A program made the position numbers and the translations under genes. The notes under the pieces are model-generated. The model was not told where the DNA came from. It saw only the letters and a program-made list of their open reading frames with translations, and searched no databases. This document shows positions 8,526 to 18,238 of a stretch of 64,000 bases of DNA, piece by piece. Source of the DNA: a virus; IMG/VR virus record IMGVR_UViG_3300046010_015054, positions 64,001 through 128,000 of that record. One strand, written 5' to 3'. Every line of letters starts with the position of its first letter. Position 1 is the first letter of the stretch.

Positions 8526-9470
8526 TTACCTACTAAATCTAAAAGCTAGACCCGCATAAGTATATTGTATAATATCTGGGGTTCCTTTATTGTAAGAAGC
8601 CCAAGCATCTAAATCGTCTGTTGAATAAACATTTACTTTAGTACCACCAAATACTTTTACAGATTTAGTTAAGTTAATTCCTACCTCACCTCCTAAAGTA
8701 GTAAAGATTGTCCAAACTCCTCCTGCTGAATTAATTTCCATTAAAGGGTAGTTAGGATTACTAGCTGAGGTTAAATAACGATGGGCATGAGCAAATCCAT
8801 TACCTCCAAAAATAGTAATACTTCCATCTTTACTTACTGCAAAATTATAAGCTAAGACTAATTCAGCTGAATAAAGTGTAGCTCCAAATGTTTGGGTGTC
8901 TTCTATTGGAGTGGTTCGAGTACCTCTAATAGTGCCTTGAGTTAATATACCTCTAGTTTCCCAATGTTTATCAGGCGAATATGTTAAAGCTTGAGTACTA
9001 CCTTCTATGGCTTCAATAGATTCACTTCTTAAATCACTAAATGAATTTAAAGAACCTCTAGAAAAACTCATACCCCATCTTGATAAACCTTTAACAGGTG
9101 GTAGACTTGGTACTTGAATTTCTTTAATTACAGTATCAATTTTAACAATTGGTTGTTGATTCTTTATAATCGAATCTAATTCAGTTACTTTAGCACTTTT
9201 TTGACCTGCATAAATATGAAGTTCATTAAAACTAGAATCTAAAACAGCATATTCGGCTTTAGCAGAATCATACTCAGTTTTAATTTCGTTAAGTTTTGTT
9301 TTTTGCTTAGCAATAGTCTGGTTAAGATAAACAGCCTGTGACTTAAGCATAGTCACAGTTGTATCTTTACCTTTAATTAACTCGTAAGGATATCTAGTTT
9401 GAGCCGTCAGACTCGAGTTCAAAAGGAGTAGCGGAAGGAGAAACAGAATCGATGATAGCCTTGACTTCAT
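8526..9470 (-). CDS. Exported protein: signal peptide + coiled coil + C-terminal outer-membrane beta-barrel-like domain
   Basis: Signal peptide ending TA|Q, heptad region aa ~40-105, then amphipathic strands ending STDDLDA...YTYAGLAFRF. Confidence 0.6.
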   Translation of the reverse strand: MKSRLSSILFLLPLLLLNSSLTAQTRYPYELIKGKDTTVTMLKSQAVYLNQTIAKQKTKLNEIKTEYDSAKAEYAVLDSSFNELHIYAGQKSAKVTELDSIIKNQQPIVKIDTVIKEIQVPSLPPVKGLSRWGMSFSRGSLNSFSDLRSESIEAIEGSTQALTYSPDKHWETRGILTQGTIRGTRTTPIEDTQTFGATLYSAELVLAYNFAVSKDGSITIFGGNGFAHAHRYLTSASNPNYPLMEINSAGGVWTIFTTLGGEVGINLTKSVKVFGGTKVNVYSTDDLDAWASYNKGTPDIIQYTYAGLAFRFSR

Positions 9471-9729
9471 TTAGTTGTGTTGTTAAAATTAGTTTTTCTT
9501 CTTGCAACGTCTGGATTGACTCCTTCATTCCAACAACTTTTTCTGTAGTAGATTTATCAATAGCCTTAGCCATTTTAGTGGCTTGTTTCATTTGTTCCTG
9601 TGATTTTTGAAGTAGGAACTTAACTTCATCAACTTTAGGCTCATTTGGTTTTTGAGCCGTAACTGAAATTATAGTGGTAGCTAAAATAATAGATGCTACT
9701 CCTATAATGTAAGTTTTTTTAACGTCCAT
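9394..9729 (-). CDS. Membrane-anchored coiled-coil protein (i-spanin-like)
   Basis: N-terminal hydrophobic helix and long coiled coil; 77-nt overlap with the downstream gene. Confidence 0.5.
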   Translation of the reverse strand: MDVKKTYIIGVASIILATTIISVTAQKPNEPKVDEVKFLLQKSQEQMKQATKMAKAIDKSTTEKVVGMKESIQTLQEEKLILTTQLNEVKAIIDSVSPSATPFELESDGSN

Positions 9730-9980
9730 TATTTCATGATTTGAAGCATTTCAACCTTGCTTATCATGTAACCTAATGTAGAATCACTTCTACGAACGTG
9801 TTCAGTTAATAACTCAATTTTTTGGTCTTGACCAGCTACACGCTCGTCGTATTTACCGATCAAATCAGAATTGCTTAATTTGATATCGACGTATAAATAA
9901 CCTATAGCAACAATTACTAAAAACAGTAGACCTTTTGTAGGATCTTTTGAAAATTGTTCAAAAGTAATAGGTAGTTTCAT
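9729..9980 (-). CDS. Single-TM coiled-coil protein, lysis module
   Basis: GLLFLVIVAIGYLYV TM helix followed by heptads; preceded by the late motif. Confidence 0.6.
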   Translation of the reverse strand: MKLPITFEQFSKDPTKGLLFLVIVAIGYLYVDIKLSNSDLIGKYDERVAGQDQKIELLTEHVRRSDSTLGYMISKVEMLQIMK

Positions 9981-10009
9981 AATTTATGGGTTTATTATAA
10001 ATACAAAGA

Positions 10010-10025
10010 GGTGTCCGAAGACACC
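10010..10025 (-). terminator. Intrinsic terminator after nrdA
   Basis: GGUGUC-UUCG-GACACC hairpin (cUUCGg tetraloop) followed by UCUUUGU. Confidence 0.75.
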
Positions 10026-10052
10026 CCTAGTAAAAAAGAAATTTAAAATTAT

Positions 10053-11762
10053 CTACCCATCACAAGCAACACAATCTACAGTGCGAGATCCAAGATCTCC
10101 TTTAATTACTGAATCAGTGCGTAAGTAATAAAGTGTTTTGATTCCAAGCTTCCAAGCCTCCATATGTACCTGGTTAATCCATTTAGGTGAATCGGTTGGA
10201 TCAAATGAAAGATTAAGTGATTGGGTTTGGTCAAGATACTTTTGGCGAACTGCTGCTTGTTGAACTAAAGCTAACTGGTTAATTTCTGGGAAGGTTAAGA
10301 ATATTTCTTTTTCGTCTTCAGTTAGAATTTCATGAGATAAATTTTGTACTGAACCATTGTCAGCTAGAATTTGATCCCAAACTTTACTTACATTATGTCC
10401 TTTTTTCTTTAATAGTGCTTCAAGCTCAGGATTTTTAACAATAAAAGTTCCTTTGGCACCATTAAACACATAAACGTTTGCTGGTTGAGGTTCAATACCT
10501 GCTGAACAACTGCTAATACGAGAATTAGAAACTGTTGGTGCAATTGCTAGTAAGTGAGTATTTCTCATACCCGTACCTTTACACCAGAGTGGTTCACCAT
10601 ACTCTGTAGCCATTTTACGAGATGCGGCTTCTGCTTGTAATTTAATTTGGCTGAAAATAGTGTGAGTCCAAGCAGTAGAGGCAATTGAGTTAAATGGTAA
10701 ATTCTTTTGTTGTAAGAATGTATGCCATCCCATTACTCCTAAACCAAGTGCACGACCTTTTTTAGCATGTCTGTGTGAGCGAATCATAGATTCTTTACCA
10801 TTGGTTTTTTGGATGAATTCTTCCATTACACCATCAAGAAAATAGATTGCAGTTTCAACTACATCTGTATCTTTCCACTCATCATATTTAGCTAAGTTTA
10901 ATGAACTTAAACAACAAATAAATGAATGTTCTTCATCTGTGTGAAGTGTAATTTCAGTACAGATGTTAGTCATTGAAACATTTAAATTGTTCATTCTGTA
11001 TGCTAGTGGGTTGTCTTTATTGACATTATCACTAAACATAATGTAGGGTTCACCGGTTTCTACGCGTGATTTAAGTATTTCTAACCACAATGACATAGCC
11101 TCGCTGTCGCGATCATTTAAGCGCTTCATAAACGCATCATCAACAACTACACACTGATGTAGGTTAAGGCATTGTCTATTTGGGTCTCCTTTAGGTCTGC
11201 GAATCTGAAGAAACTCATGAATGTCTTTATGGCTGATATCTAAGTTTACGGATGCAGCTCCTCGTCTAACAGAACCTTGGTTAGTGGCAATGATAGTGGA
11301 GTCATAGATTTTAGCCCATGGTACAACTCCTTCTGACTTTCCATTTCCTGTGATATGAGCACCTCTTGGTCGAATGCGGCTAAGCGAGATTCCAACTCCT
11401 CCGCCGTAGGAAGTAAGGCGCATAAGTTCAGCGTTAGTAAGTCCAATTCCACGAACACTATCGGGCGTATCAATTCCAAAACAAGAGATAGGCAAACCAC
11501 GATCAGTACCGGTATTGCTAAGAACAGGGCTGGCAAGACCAATCCATCCATTCCAAATGTATTTAAAAAATTTATTTTCTAAGTCAGGACGATTTAAACG
11601 CATCGCCACAGCGTGTGCTACTCTTCTGTAAGCTTTTTTGGGTGTTTCACCTGGGAGTAAATAACCTTTTGAAATGGTACTGAGTGCTACCTCATCCATG
11701 TACTCAGGGTAGTCTTTCCCTTTTTCCCAAATAGAAAAATCTGCTACTAAATTATTATCCAT
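10053..11762 (-). CDS. nrdA: Ribonucleoside-diphosphate reductase class Ia alpha subunit (short, no ATP cone)
   Basis: PISCF, TNICTEI, LAIAPT, KTLYYLR and C-terminal CVAC. Confidence 0.96.
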   Translation of the reverse strand: MDNNLVADFSIWEKGKDYPEYMDEVALSTISKGYLLPGETPKKAYRRVAHAVAMRLNRPDLENKFFKYIWNGWIGLASPVLSNTGTDRGLPISCFGIDTPDSVRGIGLTNAELMRLTSYGGGVGISLSRIRPRGAHITGNGKSEGVVPWAKIYDSTIIATNQGSVRRGAASVNLDISHKDIHEFLQIRRPKGDPNRQCLNLHQCVVVDDAFMKRLNDRDSEAMSLWLEILKSRVETGEPYIMFSDNVNKDNPLAYRMNNLNVSMTNICTEITLHTDEEHSFICCLSSLNLAKYDEWKDTDVVETAIYFLDGVMEEFIQKTNGKESMIRSHRHAKKGRALGLGVMGWHTFLQQKNLPFNSIASTAWTHTIFSQIKLQAEAASRKMATEYGEPLWCKGTGMRNTHLLAIAPTVSNSRISSCSAGIEPQPANVYVFNGAKGTFIVKNPELEALLKKKGHNVSKVWDQILADNGSVQNLSHEILTEDEKEIFLTFPEINQLALVQQAAVRQKYLDQTQSLNLSFDPTDSPKWINQVHMEAWKLGIKTLYYLRTDSVIKGDLGSRTVDCVACDG

Positions 11763-11763
11763 T

Positions 11764-12360
11764 TTATTTTATTACGTTTCTACAATTACACTTATAATCA
11801 TTTAATTCTTTTGATACAGGTGCTACATTTTTAAAATAATAACACTCTTTGCGATTTCCAATCTTAAGTTCCTTATAATATCCTTTAGGGATAGCAGCAT
11901 TTGTAGGAACTCGAGCTGGTGTTTTATCATATTCTATTCGAATAAACACTTGAACTTGAGCTGTTTTTGCTTGTTCACGTTCATATATTTCTAACTTTTT
12001 CCAAACACCACGATTTAGACTTTGTTGTTGAAGGCTAGAATTGACATAAGTAAAAGTAGCGTATAGCATATCGCGATCACAATTAAGAGATGCCGCGGGA
12101 GCCATGTGTCCTTTGTCCCATTCATTTTCTTCATAGTCTTTATTATCTGATGTTTTAAGTCCTTTTTCAGTATAAAAATCCATTCCAGTACGAGATGCAG
12201 TACCATTTGGGCAAGCTACAGAGTATCTTACTGAACGAGGTCCTTCTAGTACTTCTGAATAGTTAATTATAAAGTAAGGGGTGTTCCAATATACACTATC
12301 TTTTAGTTGGGCTAAAAGAGTAAGTGGGAATAAAAGAGTAATTAAAAAATACTTTTTCAT
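11764..12360 (-). CDS. DNA/RNA non-specific endonuclease (NucA/EndoG-like beta-beta-alpha-Me) with signal peptide
   Basis: WDKGHMAPAA...TFTYVN...Q--LNRGVWKKLE; start MKKYFLITLLFPLTLLA|Q. Confidence 0.85.
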   Translation of the reverse strand: MKKYFLITLLFPLTLLAQLKDSVYWNTPYFIINYSEVLEGPRSVRYSVACPNGTASRTGMDFYTEKGLKTSDNKDYEENEWDKGHMAPAASLNCDRDMLYATFTYVNSSLQQQSLNRGVWKKLEIYEREQAKTAQVQVFIRIEYDKTPARVPTNAAIPKGYYKELKIGNRKECYYFKNVAPVSKELNDYKCNCRNVIK

Positions 12361-12404
12361 TTTAATGCGATTGAATAGTTTCAAAAAATGCTCTAATAAA
12401 TTTT

Positions 12405-13391
12405 TTAAAAAATGCTTTCATCCCACTGCATGTGTCCTTTAGAATAATTAGTAACACGACTAGCAAAGAAATCAGTGTGTTGTTTACCCGCAGATAAAGC
12501 ATCAAACCATTTCATACGTTCAACCGCTGTCATATCAATATTTGAAACGATTGGATTATAACCAAGATCACCAAGTTTGGTATTAACACGATTTTTGATA
12601 AAATTTTGAAGATCGTATTTTGAACATCCTTCAAGATCACCTAACTCATATACCTTATCAATAAAATCAAGTTCGAGTTTAAGAGATAATAAAGCTGCTT
12701 CATTAATTGCTGCTTCTAGTTCTTTTGTTTTGAGTTTTGGATTTTCTTTAATAAGAGTTCTAAATAACCAACATCCTGCTTCTGAGTGGAGAGACTCGTC
12801 TCTAATAGACCATTCAACAATTTGACCCACTCCCTTAAGCTTGTTTCGCATTTTAAAAGAGAGTAGTATGGCGAATGAAGAGAATAAGTTAACGCCCTCG
12901 GTAAAGGCTGAGAATATAGCCAATGATTTGGCAATTTCGTGGAAATCTTTTTCGCCATTAAAACTATCCCTAACAAGCATAAGATTTTCAATTTTAGCCA
13001 TCGTAGTTTCATCTTCGAGAAACTCTGAAAAATTATCAAGTCCGAGTGTTTCATTTAATAAAGAATAAGCTTCAGCGTGAATTGTTTCAAAAGCGCCAAA
13101 TGTTGTAGCCATCATAATAACTTCTGGTTTTCTAAACCATTTAGTTACTAACCCTGACCAATAATCATTTACAATAGTTTCTGTTTGGGCAAAACCTTTT
13201 AAGATAGAACCAATAATATTTTTTTCAGATTCATTAAGATTAGAGTTCCAGTCATTCAAATCAGACATCATTGGAACTTCAGTATGTAACCAGTGTGCCT
13301 GTTGTTGTTTAAGCCAATAATCATATGCTTCCGGATATTCGAAAGGTTTGTAGATAATTCTCTCATGCAACAGATTTGATTTCTTTGCCAT
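12405..13391 (-). CDS. nrdB: Ribonucleoside-diphosphate reductase class Ia beta subunit
   Basis: ETIHAEAY, EGVNLFSSF, RDESLH, DFFASRVTNY. Confidence 0.96.
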   Translation of the reverse strand: MAKKSNLLHERIIYKPFEYPEAYDYWLKQQQAHWLHTEVPMMSDLNDWNSNLNESEKNIIGSILKGFAQTETIVNDYWSGLVTKWFRKPEVIMMATTFGAFETIHAEAYSLLNETLGLDNFSEFLEDETTMAKIENLMLVRDSFNGEKDFHEIAKSLAIFSAFTEGVNLFSSFAILLSFKMRNKLKGVGQIVEWSIRDESLHSEAGCWLFRTLIKENPKLKTKELEAAINEAALLSLKLELDFIDKVYELGDLEGCSKYDLQNFIKNRVNTKLGDLGYNPIVSNIDMTAVERMKWFDALSAGKQHTDFFASRVTNYSKGHMQWDESIF

Positions 13392-13412
13392 AGTATTAGT
13401 TTTTTTAATAAA

Positions 13413-14768
13413 TTAGTTTATCTTGAGTAAAAAATCACTTATTTTACTCTTGTCGTCACTTGAAAATGAATCAAAACTTGTATTTTGTGTAGGACTTGGT
13501 GTGCTGTATGAATCAAGATCTGAAGATATTTCAAAGAATCCGGTAGAGGTATCAATTTTTGCCCCATATGTCAGGCCATCTATTCCATATCTATTTTTCA
13601 TAATGTGAAATCTACCTGTTCCATTTACTTTATCTTCTTTTTTTCTTGATAATGAAGCTGCGAAGTCAGTAATCATCATCTTATCATAGGAGCCAGCAGC
13701 CTTATCCCCCTCAATGATGTCATCCTTTGAACCTGCTCGGTTTACTTGTGATACACTCCATATTGGGAGATTAAGCTCTCTAGCTAATCCTTTTGTGCCA
13801 ACATAAATATCATCTATCTCTTCCTTACGTTCTTTACTATTACGTTTTGAACGAAGAAGGTCTACATAGTCAACAAGAATTAAATCTGGTTGGAATTCTA
13901 AATCAATACATTTTTTAATGTGTGATTCAAGAGTCGATATAGTTGCCTTACCTGTTGGAAATTCTTTAATAATTAATCGACCTGGGATTTGCTCAACAAC
14001 GTCTGAAACTTCTTTTTTATATTGAGTAATTTTATTAACTGGGATTTGGGTAAAGTAAGCGTCATAACGACGGCCTACATAATCTTCACCTAATTCAAGA
14101 GTGTAGTGGATTACATTAAAACCCATTTTAACAGCATGACCTCCTAGAGCAACTAATGCCCAAGATTTACCACCACCAGGGTTACCAAAAATAAGACCAA
14201 AATCACCACCACCTAAACCACCTTGAAGTAGTTCATTAAATTCTCCCCAAGGTGTGGGTACTGCAATTCTATGTTCTTCTCTGTATCGAGATTCAATATC
14301 TTTAGAGTATTCGTGACCTACATTTTTATCTTGACCGGCTTTCATAGCAGATTCAATCATAAATTTAATTGAATCATAATCACCGGCTTGTAGTAAGTCA
14401 ACAGATTGAAGTAAGGCTTTTTTCAACATCTGGTTTTTACAGAAAGTTGAAAATTCTTCTTCAATATAAGCTAAATCATCATTTAATGATTTGTATGCTT
14501 CTTTTAATTGTTCTTTAATAGAAATTTGGAGTACTTCATTTTGAACTTTTTTAAGTTCTACTTTTAGTACTTCCATTGTTGGAGTTGTGTGATACTTTTC
14601 ATAATACTTAAGTATCTCTTTTACAACCCATTTATGTGCTTGATTATCGAAATAATCTTCACTTAAAATATCATGAATGTTTATTAAAAACTCTTTATGA
14701 TTTAAAAGTGAAGCTAAAACCTTTATCTGAAAACCTGGACCATATGAATTTAAATTACTCAGAGTCAT
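13413..14768 (-). CDS. dnaB: Replicative DnaB-like helicase (gp41-like)
   Basis: GNPGGGKS Walker A, TLEL, ILVDYVDLL, SQVNR, KNRYG. Confidence 0.92.
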   Translation of the reverse strand: MTLSNLNSYGPGFQIKVLASLLNHKEFLINIHDILSEDYFDNQAHKWVVKEILKYYEKYHTTPTMEVLKVELKKVQNEVLQISIKEQLKEAYKSLNDDLAYIEEEFSTFCKNQMLKKALLQSVDLLQAGDYDSIKFMIESAMKAGQDKNVGHEYSKDIESRYREEHRIAVPTPWGEFNELLQGGLGGGDFGLIFGNPGGGKSWALVALGGHAVKMGFNVIHYTLELGEDYVGRRYDAYFTQIPVNKITQYKKEVSDVVEQIPGRLIIKEFPTGKATISTLESHIKKCIDLEFQPDLILVDYVDLLRSKRNSKERKEEIDDIYVGTKGLARELNLPIWSVSQVNRAGSKDDIIEGDKAAGSYDKMMITDFAASLSRKKEDKVNGTGRFHIMKNRYGIDGLTYGAKIDTSTGFFEISSDLDSYSTPSPTQNTSFDSFSSDDKSKISDFLLKIN

Positions 14769-14769
14769 T

Positions 14770-15804
14770 TTATTCGCTTATAATATCTTTAAAATTGCTT
14801 GTTAACCAATATTCAATGTTTTTAATTAAATGTCTTAAACCATCTTCATGGTAAAACTTTAAAAAAGCATTTTCATTCAATTTTGGTGTTTTATCTTTTA
14901 TTAAATTATCCAAAAAACATTTTTCTTTATCATCTAACATTGGATTAGCTAAATCCATTATTGTATAATTTTTTTCTAATTCATCTATACTTTGTATTAC
15001 ACGAGCATAAGTTACATGTTCTTTAAACTTATTTTCACAAATACTAAAGATGCCATCTAAATCTAATTCTTTTTCAGCTAATTCAGGAAATTTTTTTAGG
15101 ATACCTTTTTCACCTAAACCTTTAATTCCTTTAATCATATCTGAACTATCTCCCAATAATGTTTTATATAATATAAAATTCTTTGCGGGGATTCCAAATT
15201 TTTCTTTAATTGTTTCTTGAGTATAATAATCTTTTTCTATTGGTCTGTAAACAATAATGTTTTCAGTTACTAATTGAATAAAATCTTTATCACTAGAAAC
15301 AATAAAAACTTTAGAATTATATTTAGATTCTAATTTTTTAGATAAATGAGCAATGATATCATCTGCCTCGACTTTGGGCAGGGATACTACTTTAACAGGT
15401 AAACATTTTAAATAATGAATTAATCTTACAATTTGGTTTATTTTTGCTTCGTTTTCTTCTTCTAAACTATTAAAAACTTGCCAATTTGTAATTCGTCTAA
15501 TATTTCTATTAGATTTATAATCAGAATTTATATTTTTTCTGTTAGTAGCAGATCCCTGCCCGTCAAAAACAATATATATAGAAGTTGGCTGAATTTGATT
15601 TATTAAAGTTCCTAAAGAACGAATAAAACCCCCAAGACCTCCTACGTGAAGACCTTCTTCATTAACAAAATTTAACATTGCAAAGTTTCTAAAAAATAGA
15701 TTTAAACCATCTATCAAAAGAACTCTATCGTGCTTTTTAGGGAGTACTATTTCATTCTCCTCATCTAAATTGCTGAGGAGTTTTAATAAATCTTCTTTAT
15801 TCAT
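14770..15804 (-). CDS. 5'-3' exonuclease / flap endonuclease (T4 RNase H-like)
   Basis: LIDGLN, IVFDG, YKSNR, EADDIIA, SSDKDFIQL, LGDSSDMIKGIKGLG. Confidence 0.92.
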   Translation of the reverse strand: MNKEDLLKLLSNLDEENEIVLPKKHDRVLLIDGLNLFFRNFAMLNFVNEEGLHVGGLGGFIRSLGTLINQIQPTSIYIVFDGQGSATNRKNINSDYKSNRNIRRITNWQVFNSLEEENEAKINQIVRLIHYLKCLPVKVVSLPKVEADDIIAHLSKKLESKYNSKVFIVSSDKDFIQLVTENIIVYRPIEKDYYTQETIKEKFGIPAKNFILYKTLLGDSSDMIKGIKGLGEKGILKKFPELAEKELDLDGIFSICENKFKEHVTYARVIQSIDELEKNYTIMDLANPMLDDKEKCFLDNLIKDKTPKLNENAFLKFYHEDGLRHLIKNIEYWLTSNFKDIISE

Positions 15805-15805
15805 C

Positions 15806-16891
15806 TTATTCTGGTTCCTGAGAGAATTCTTGTGTTGGTTCAAAGTTGTCTAATTCTTCTACAACTTCAAAATCACCACCACCTAGAATTTTACTCCACT
15901 CTTTTGCGTGAGCATCCTTATAAGATTTTAATGCCTTATCACTATCATCAATAAAACCATGAGGAGTCATAATAATATTACCACGAGTAGTAATACCATT
16001 AATGTGGTTTTTATCAATTTGGATTTTAGTGCGTTTTGCAAATTCAACCTGCTTACCATCCTTAATTGCTTTAATTTTGGAGGTACCAGCATTAGAAACA
16101 TTACCAAACGTTACAACAAACGTGGCATCAAACCACATTGCGAAACCACCTTTGTTCATCAGTTTAGGTTGACTCATAGGTGTTTCAGCTTTTGCTGTCC
16201 ATACCTTATTGATACAAACTAATGTGTTAGTATGTTTAGATGATTCTTTACGAGATAATGTAATTTGTTGATTTACACCATTACCAAATTGAGTTGACAT
16301 CGCTCCTGCGTTCCATTCGTTGTTATTTTTATTAGAACGTACAGACAATTCACAAGGTACAGAACCAATTGAATCCCACAAGAACATTAAATCATAAGGT
16401 AGATTACCTTTTTTCTGCTCATCAAGTAAATCAAGAATAAATGCTGCTACGTCTTCAATTGTGTGAATAGTTTCGCGGTCAGCATATAAGAAAAATCCTT
16501 TATAATCTAGAATTTCTCCAGTTTCTTCATCTACTACCTCTTCGATTTGCAGACCCATTTGAGTAGCGTGTTCCCAACTCCATTTCATCTCGGTAATAAT
16601 GAATACTGGTAGAATACCTGCTTTTTGGGCATTAACTGCTGCTTCAATCAAAGCAGTAGTTTTACCAGTATCACTATGACCTCTCAAGAGAACAATGTGT
16701 CCGGTAGGAATACCGGGCACACTTGTTACTTCTTGATAAGCATTAGATAAAGGTACCCATTGTTGGGATTTAAATTTGACATTACCAAGTAAACCTTTTT
16801 TATTCTTAAATTTATCTAAGTCAAAATTTGCTTGGATTTCTGCCGTTACCGCAGCCGACAACGACTGGGTTGGTTTTTTACCTCTTGCCAT
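15806..16891 (-). CDS. recA: RecA/UvsX-like recombinase
   Basis: GIPTG, GHSDTGKTT Walker A, FLWDSIG Walker B, KGG, KNH. Confidence 0.88.
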   Translation of the reverse strand: MARGKKPTQSLSAAVTAEIQANFDLDKFKNKKGLLGNVKFKSQQWVPLSNAYQEVTSVPGIPTGHIVLLRGHSDTGKTTALIEAAVNAQKAGILPVFIITEMKWSWEHATQMGLQIEEVVDEETGEILDYKGFFLYADRETIHTIEDVAAFILDLLDEQKKGNLPYDLMFLWDSIGSVPCELSVRSNKNNNEWNAGAMSTQFGNGVNQQITLSRKESSKHTNTLVCINKVWTAKAETPMSQPKLMNKGGFAMWFDATFVVTFGNVSNAGTSKIKAIKDGKQVEFAKRTKIQIDKNHINGITTRGNIIMTPHGFIDDSDKALKSYKDAHAKEWSKILGGGDFEVVEELDNFEPTQEFSQEPE

Positions 16892-16894
16892 GTA

Positions 16895-17725
16895 TTATTC
16901 TAGATCAAAGGGAAGATCACTTTCAAACATCTGGTCAAACTTATCAGCTTTACTTTGTTTAATAGTTTTAGCTGAAGTGTTTAAACTATAATTTGTTTTA
17001 GGTGCTTCTTCTACTTCTGGTTCCTTTTCGTTATCAATGATATCACCTTCTTCAGCAGCATCTTCAGGTACGAGGAATTTAACAAGAGATTGTTTCATTT
17101 CTTCGTAAGACCACTTTTTGAAGACTTCTTCTGGGTTAGGTTGGGTATCTAACCATTGCTTAACTTCAGCAGCATCTTCAGATAATAGAGTTTGTTTAGT
17201 TTTAACTCTGATTGAAGATTTATTGTAGTTAGTACCGGTTACTTCGGGCCCAACAGTGTCAACTGTAAAATCACGACCTTCAGCTACGTCAGTGTAATCA
17301 CCAATATCATCATCATCAGCAATTGACATAAGTTCAAGGTACATTTCTTTACCAAACTGCCATAGACGTACTCCTTTATCTTCTTCTCCACGTACAACTA
17401 CAGGAGCAAAAACTCGCATTTTGGGATCAAGTTTTTTAGCTAAGCGCCAATTTTCTTTATCACTAGTTTGGCGTAGTTGTTTTGCTGTTTCAGCAATTGG
17501 GTCTTTGTCTCCAAAATTAAGAGGTGAAATCATTACTGGGCGATCGATGCCGTAGTAAAATAGAAGTTCTTTAAAAGGAGAATTAGGATTGTACTTTGAA
17601 GGTACAATACGAATTTGAACTTTGCCTACAGGTGGTTTCCAGAATAGATCTTTATTCCCACCCTTACTCTGTTCGGGTTTTTGCTGCATCGCAGCCATTT
17701 TTTGTTTGATGAAATTTAAATCCAT
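16895..17725 (-). CDS. Single-stranded DNA-binding protein (gp32-like)
   Basis: FWKP...IRIVP, DPI, GVRLWQFGK, D--EGRDF; acidic tail ending DLPFDLE. Confidence 0.82.
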   Translation of the reverse strand: MDLNFIKQKMAAMQQKPEQSKGGNKDLFWKPPVGKVQIRIVPSKYNPNSPFKELLFYYGIDRPVMISPLNFGDKDPIAETAKQLRQTSDKENWRLAKKLDPKMRVFAPVVVRGEEDKGVRLWQFGKEMYLELMSIADDDDIGDYTDVAEGRDFTVDTVGPEVTGTNYNKSSIRVKTKQTLLSEDAAEVKQWLDTQPNPEEVFKKWSYEEMKQSLVKFLVPEDAAEEGDIIDNEKEPEVEEAPKTNYSLNTSAKTIKQSKADKFDQMFESDLPFDLE

Positions 17726-17750
17726 AGTATGTAACTAATTAATTTGTAAC

Positions 17751-17781
17751 CAAATATACAAAACTTTTTTTAAACTGCCAA
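17751..17781 (-). promoter_or_regulatory. Bacteroidota sigma70-type promoter (TTG-N20-TATATTTG) upstream of ssb
   Basis: Perfect TAnnTTTG -7 box with a 20-nt spacer. Confidence 0.7.
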
Positions 17782-17782
17782 G

Positions 17783-18238
17783 TTAAAGTTCAATAATTTT
17801 ATAAATTTTTGTTCTTAACAGTCTTAACTCATTTTGTTGAGTTAAAAGTATGGTATTTTTATAGTGTTTCCAATCTATCTTATAACGAGGGTCAACTACT
17901 CCACCATTTAACTTTTTGATTAACTCATTAAGAGCATTAATTGTGTATAAAGTATTTGTTTCCTTTTTTCTATGAACTAATATAGTATTTAAAGGTATAC
18001 CAGCCAAATTAGCTAAATCAATATTATAAGTGATAACGTATTCATTATTGTCTTTTACTTCTAAGACAAAAATTTTATTATACAAAATGGAATACTTATA
18101 AGATAAGTCTGCTATAATATCATCTACGAGATGCTCCTGAGTAAAGGTGCAAAATAACTTATTATTCAAATCTATGGCTTTAAAATTAGTCTCACCATAA
18201 ATATCGTATTGCATATCAAAAATTGTAGCTAGTTCCAT
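17783..18238 (-). CDS. Hypothetical protein of the replication module
   Basis: 151-aa ORF overlapping the polA stop. Confidence 0.7.
   Translation of the reverse strand: MELATIFDMQYDIYGETNFKAIDLNNKLFCTFTQEHLVDDIIADLSYKYSILYNKIFVLEVKDNNEYVITYNIDLANLAGIPLNTILVHRKKETNTLYTINALNELIKKLNGGVVDPRYKIDWKHYKNTILLTQQNELRLLRTKIYKIIEL

Noticed and set aside
11764-12384. Homing endonuclease or intron in the RNR operon
   Set aside because: Motifs match non-specific NucA/EndoG with a signal peptide; nrdA and nrdB are each uninterrupted
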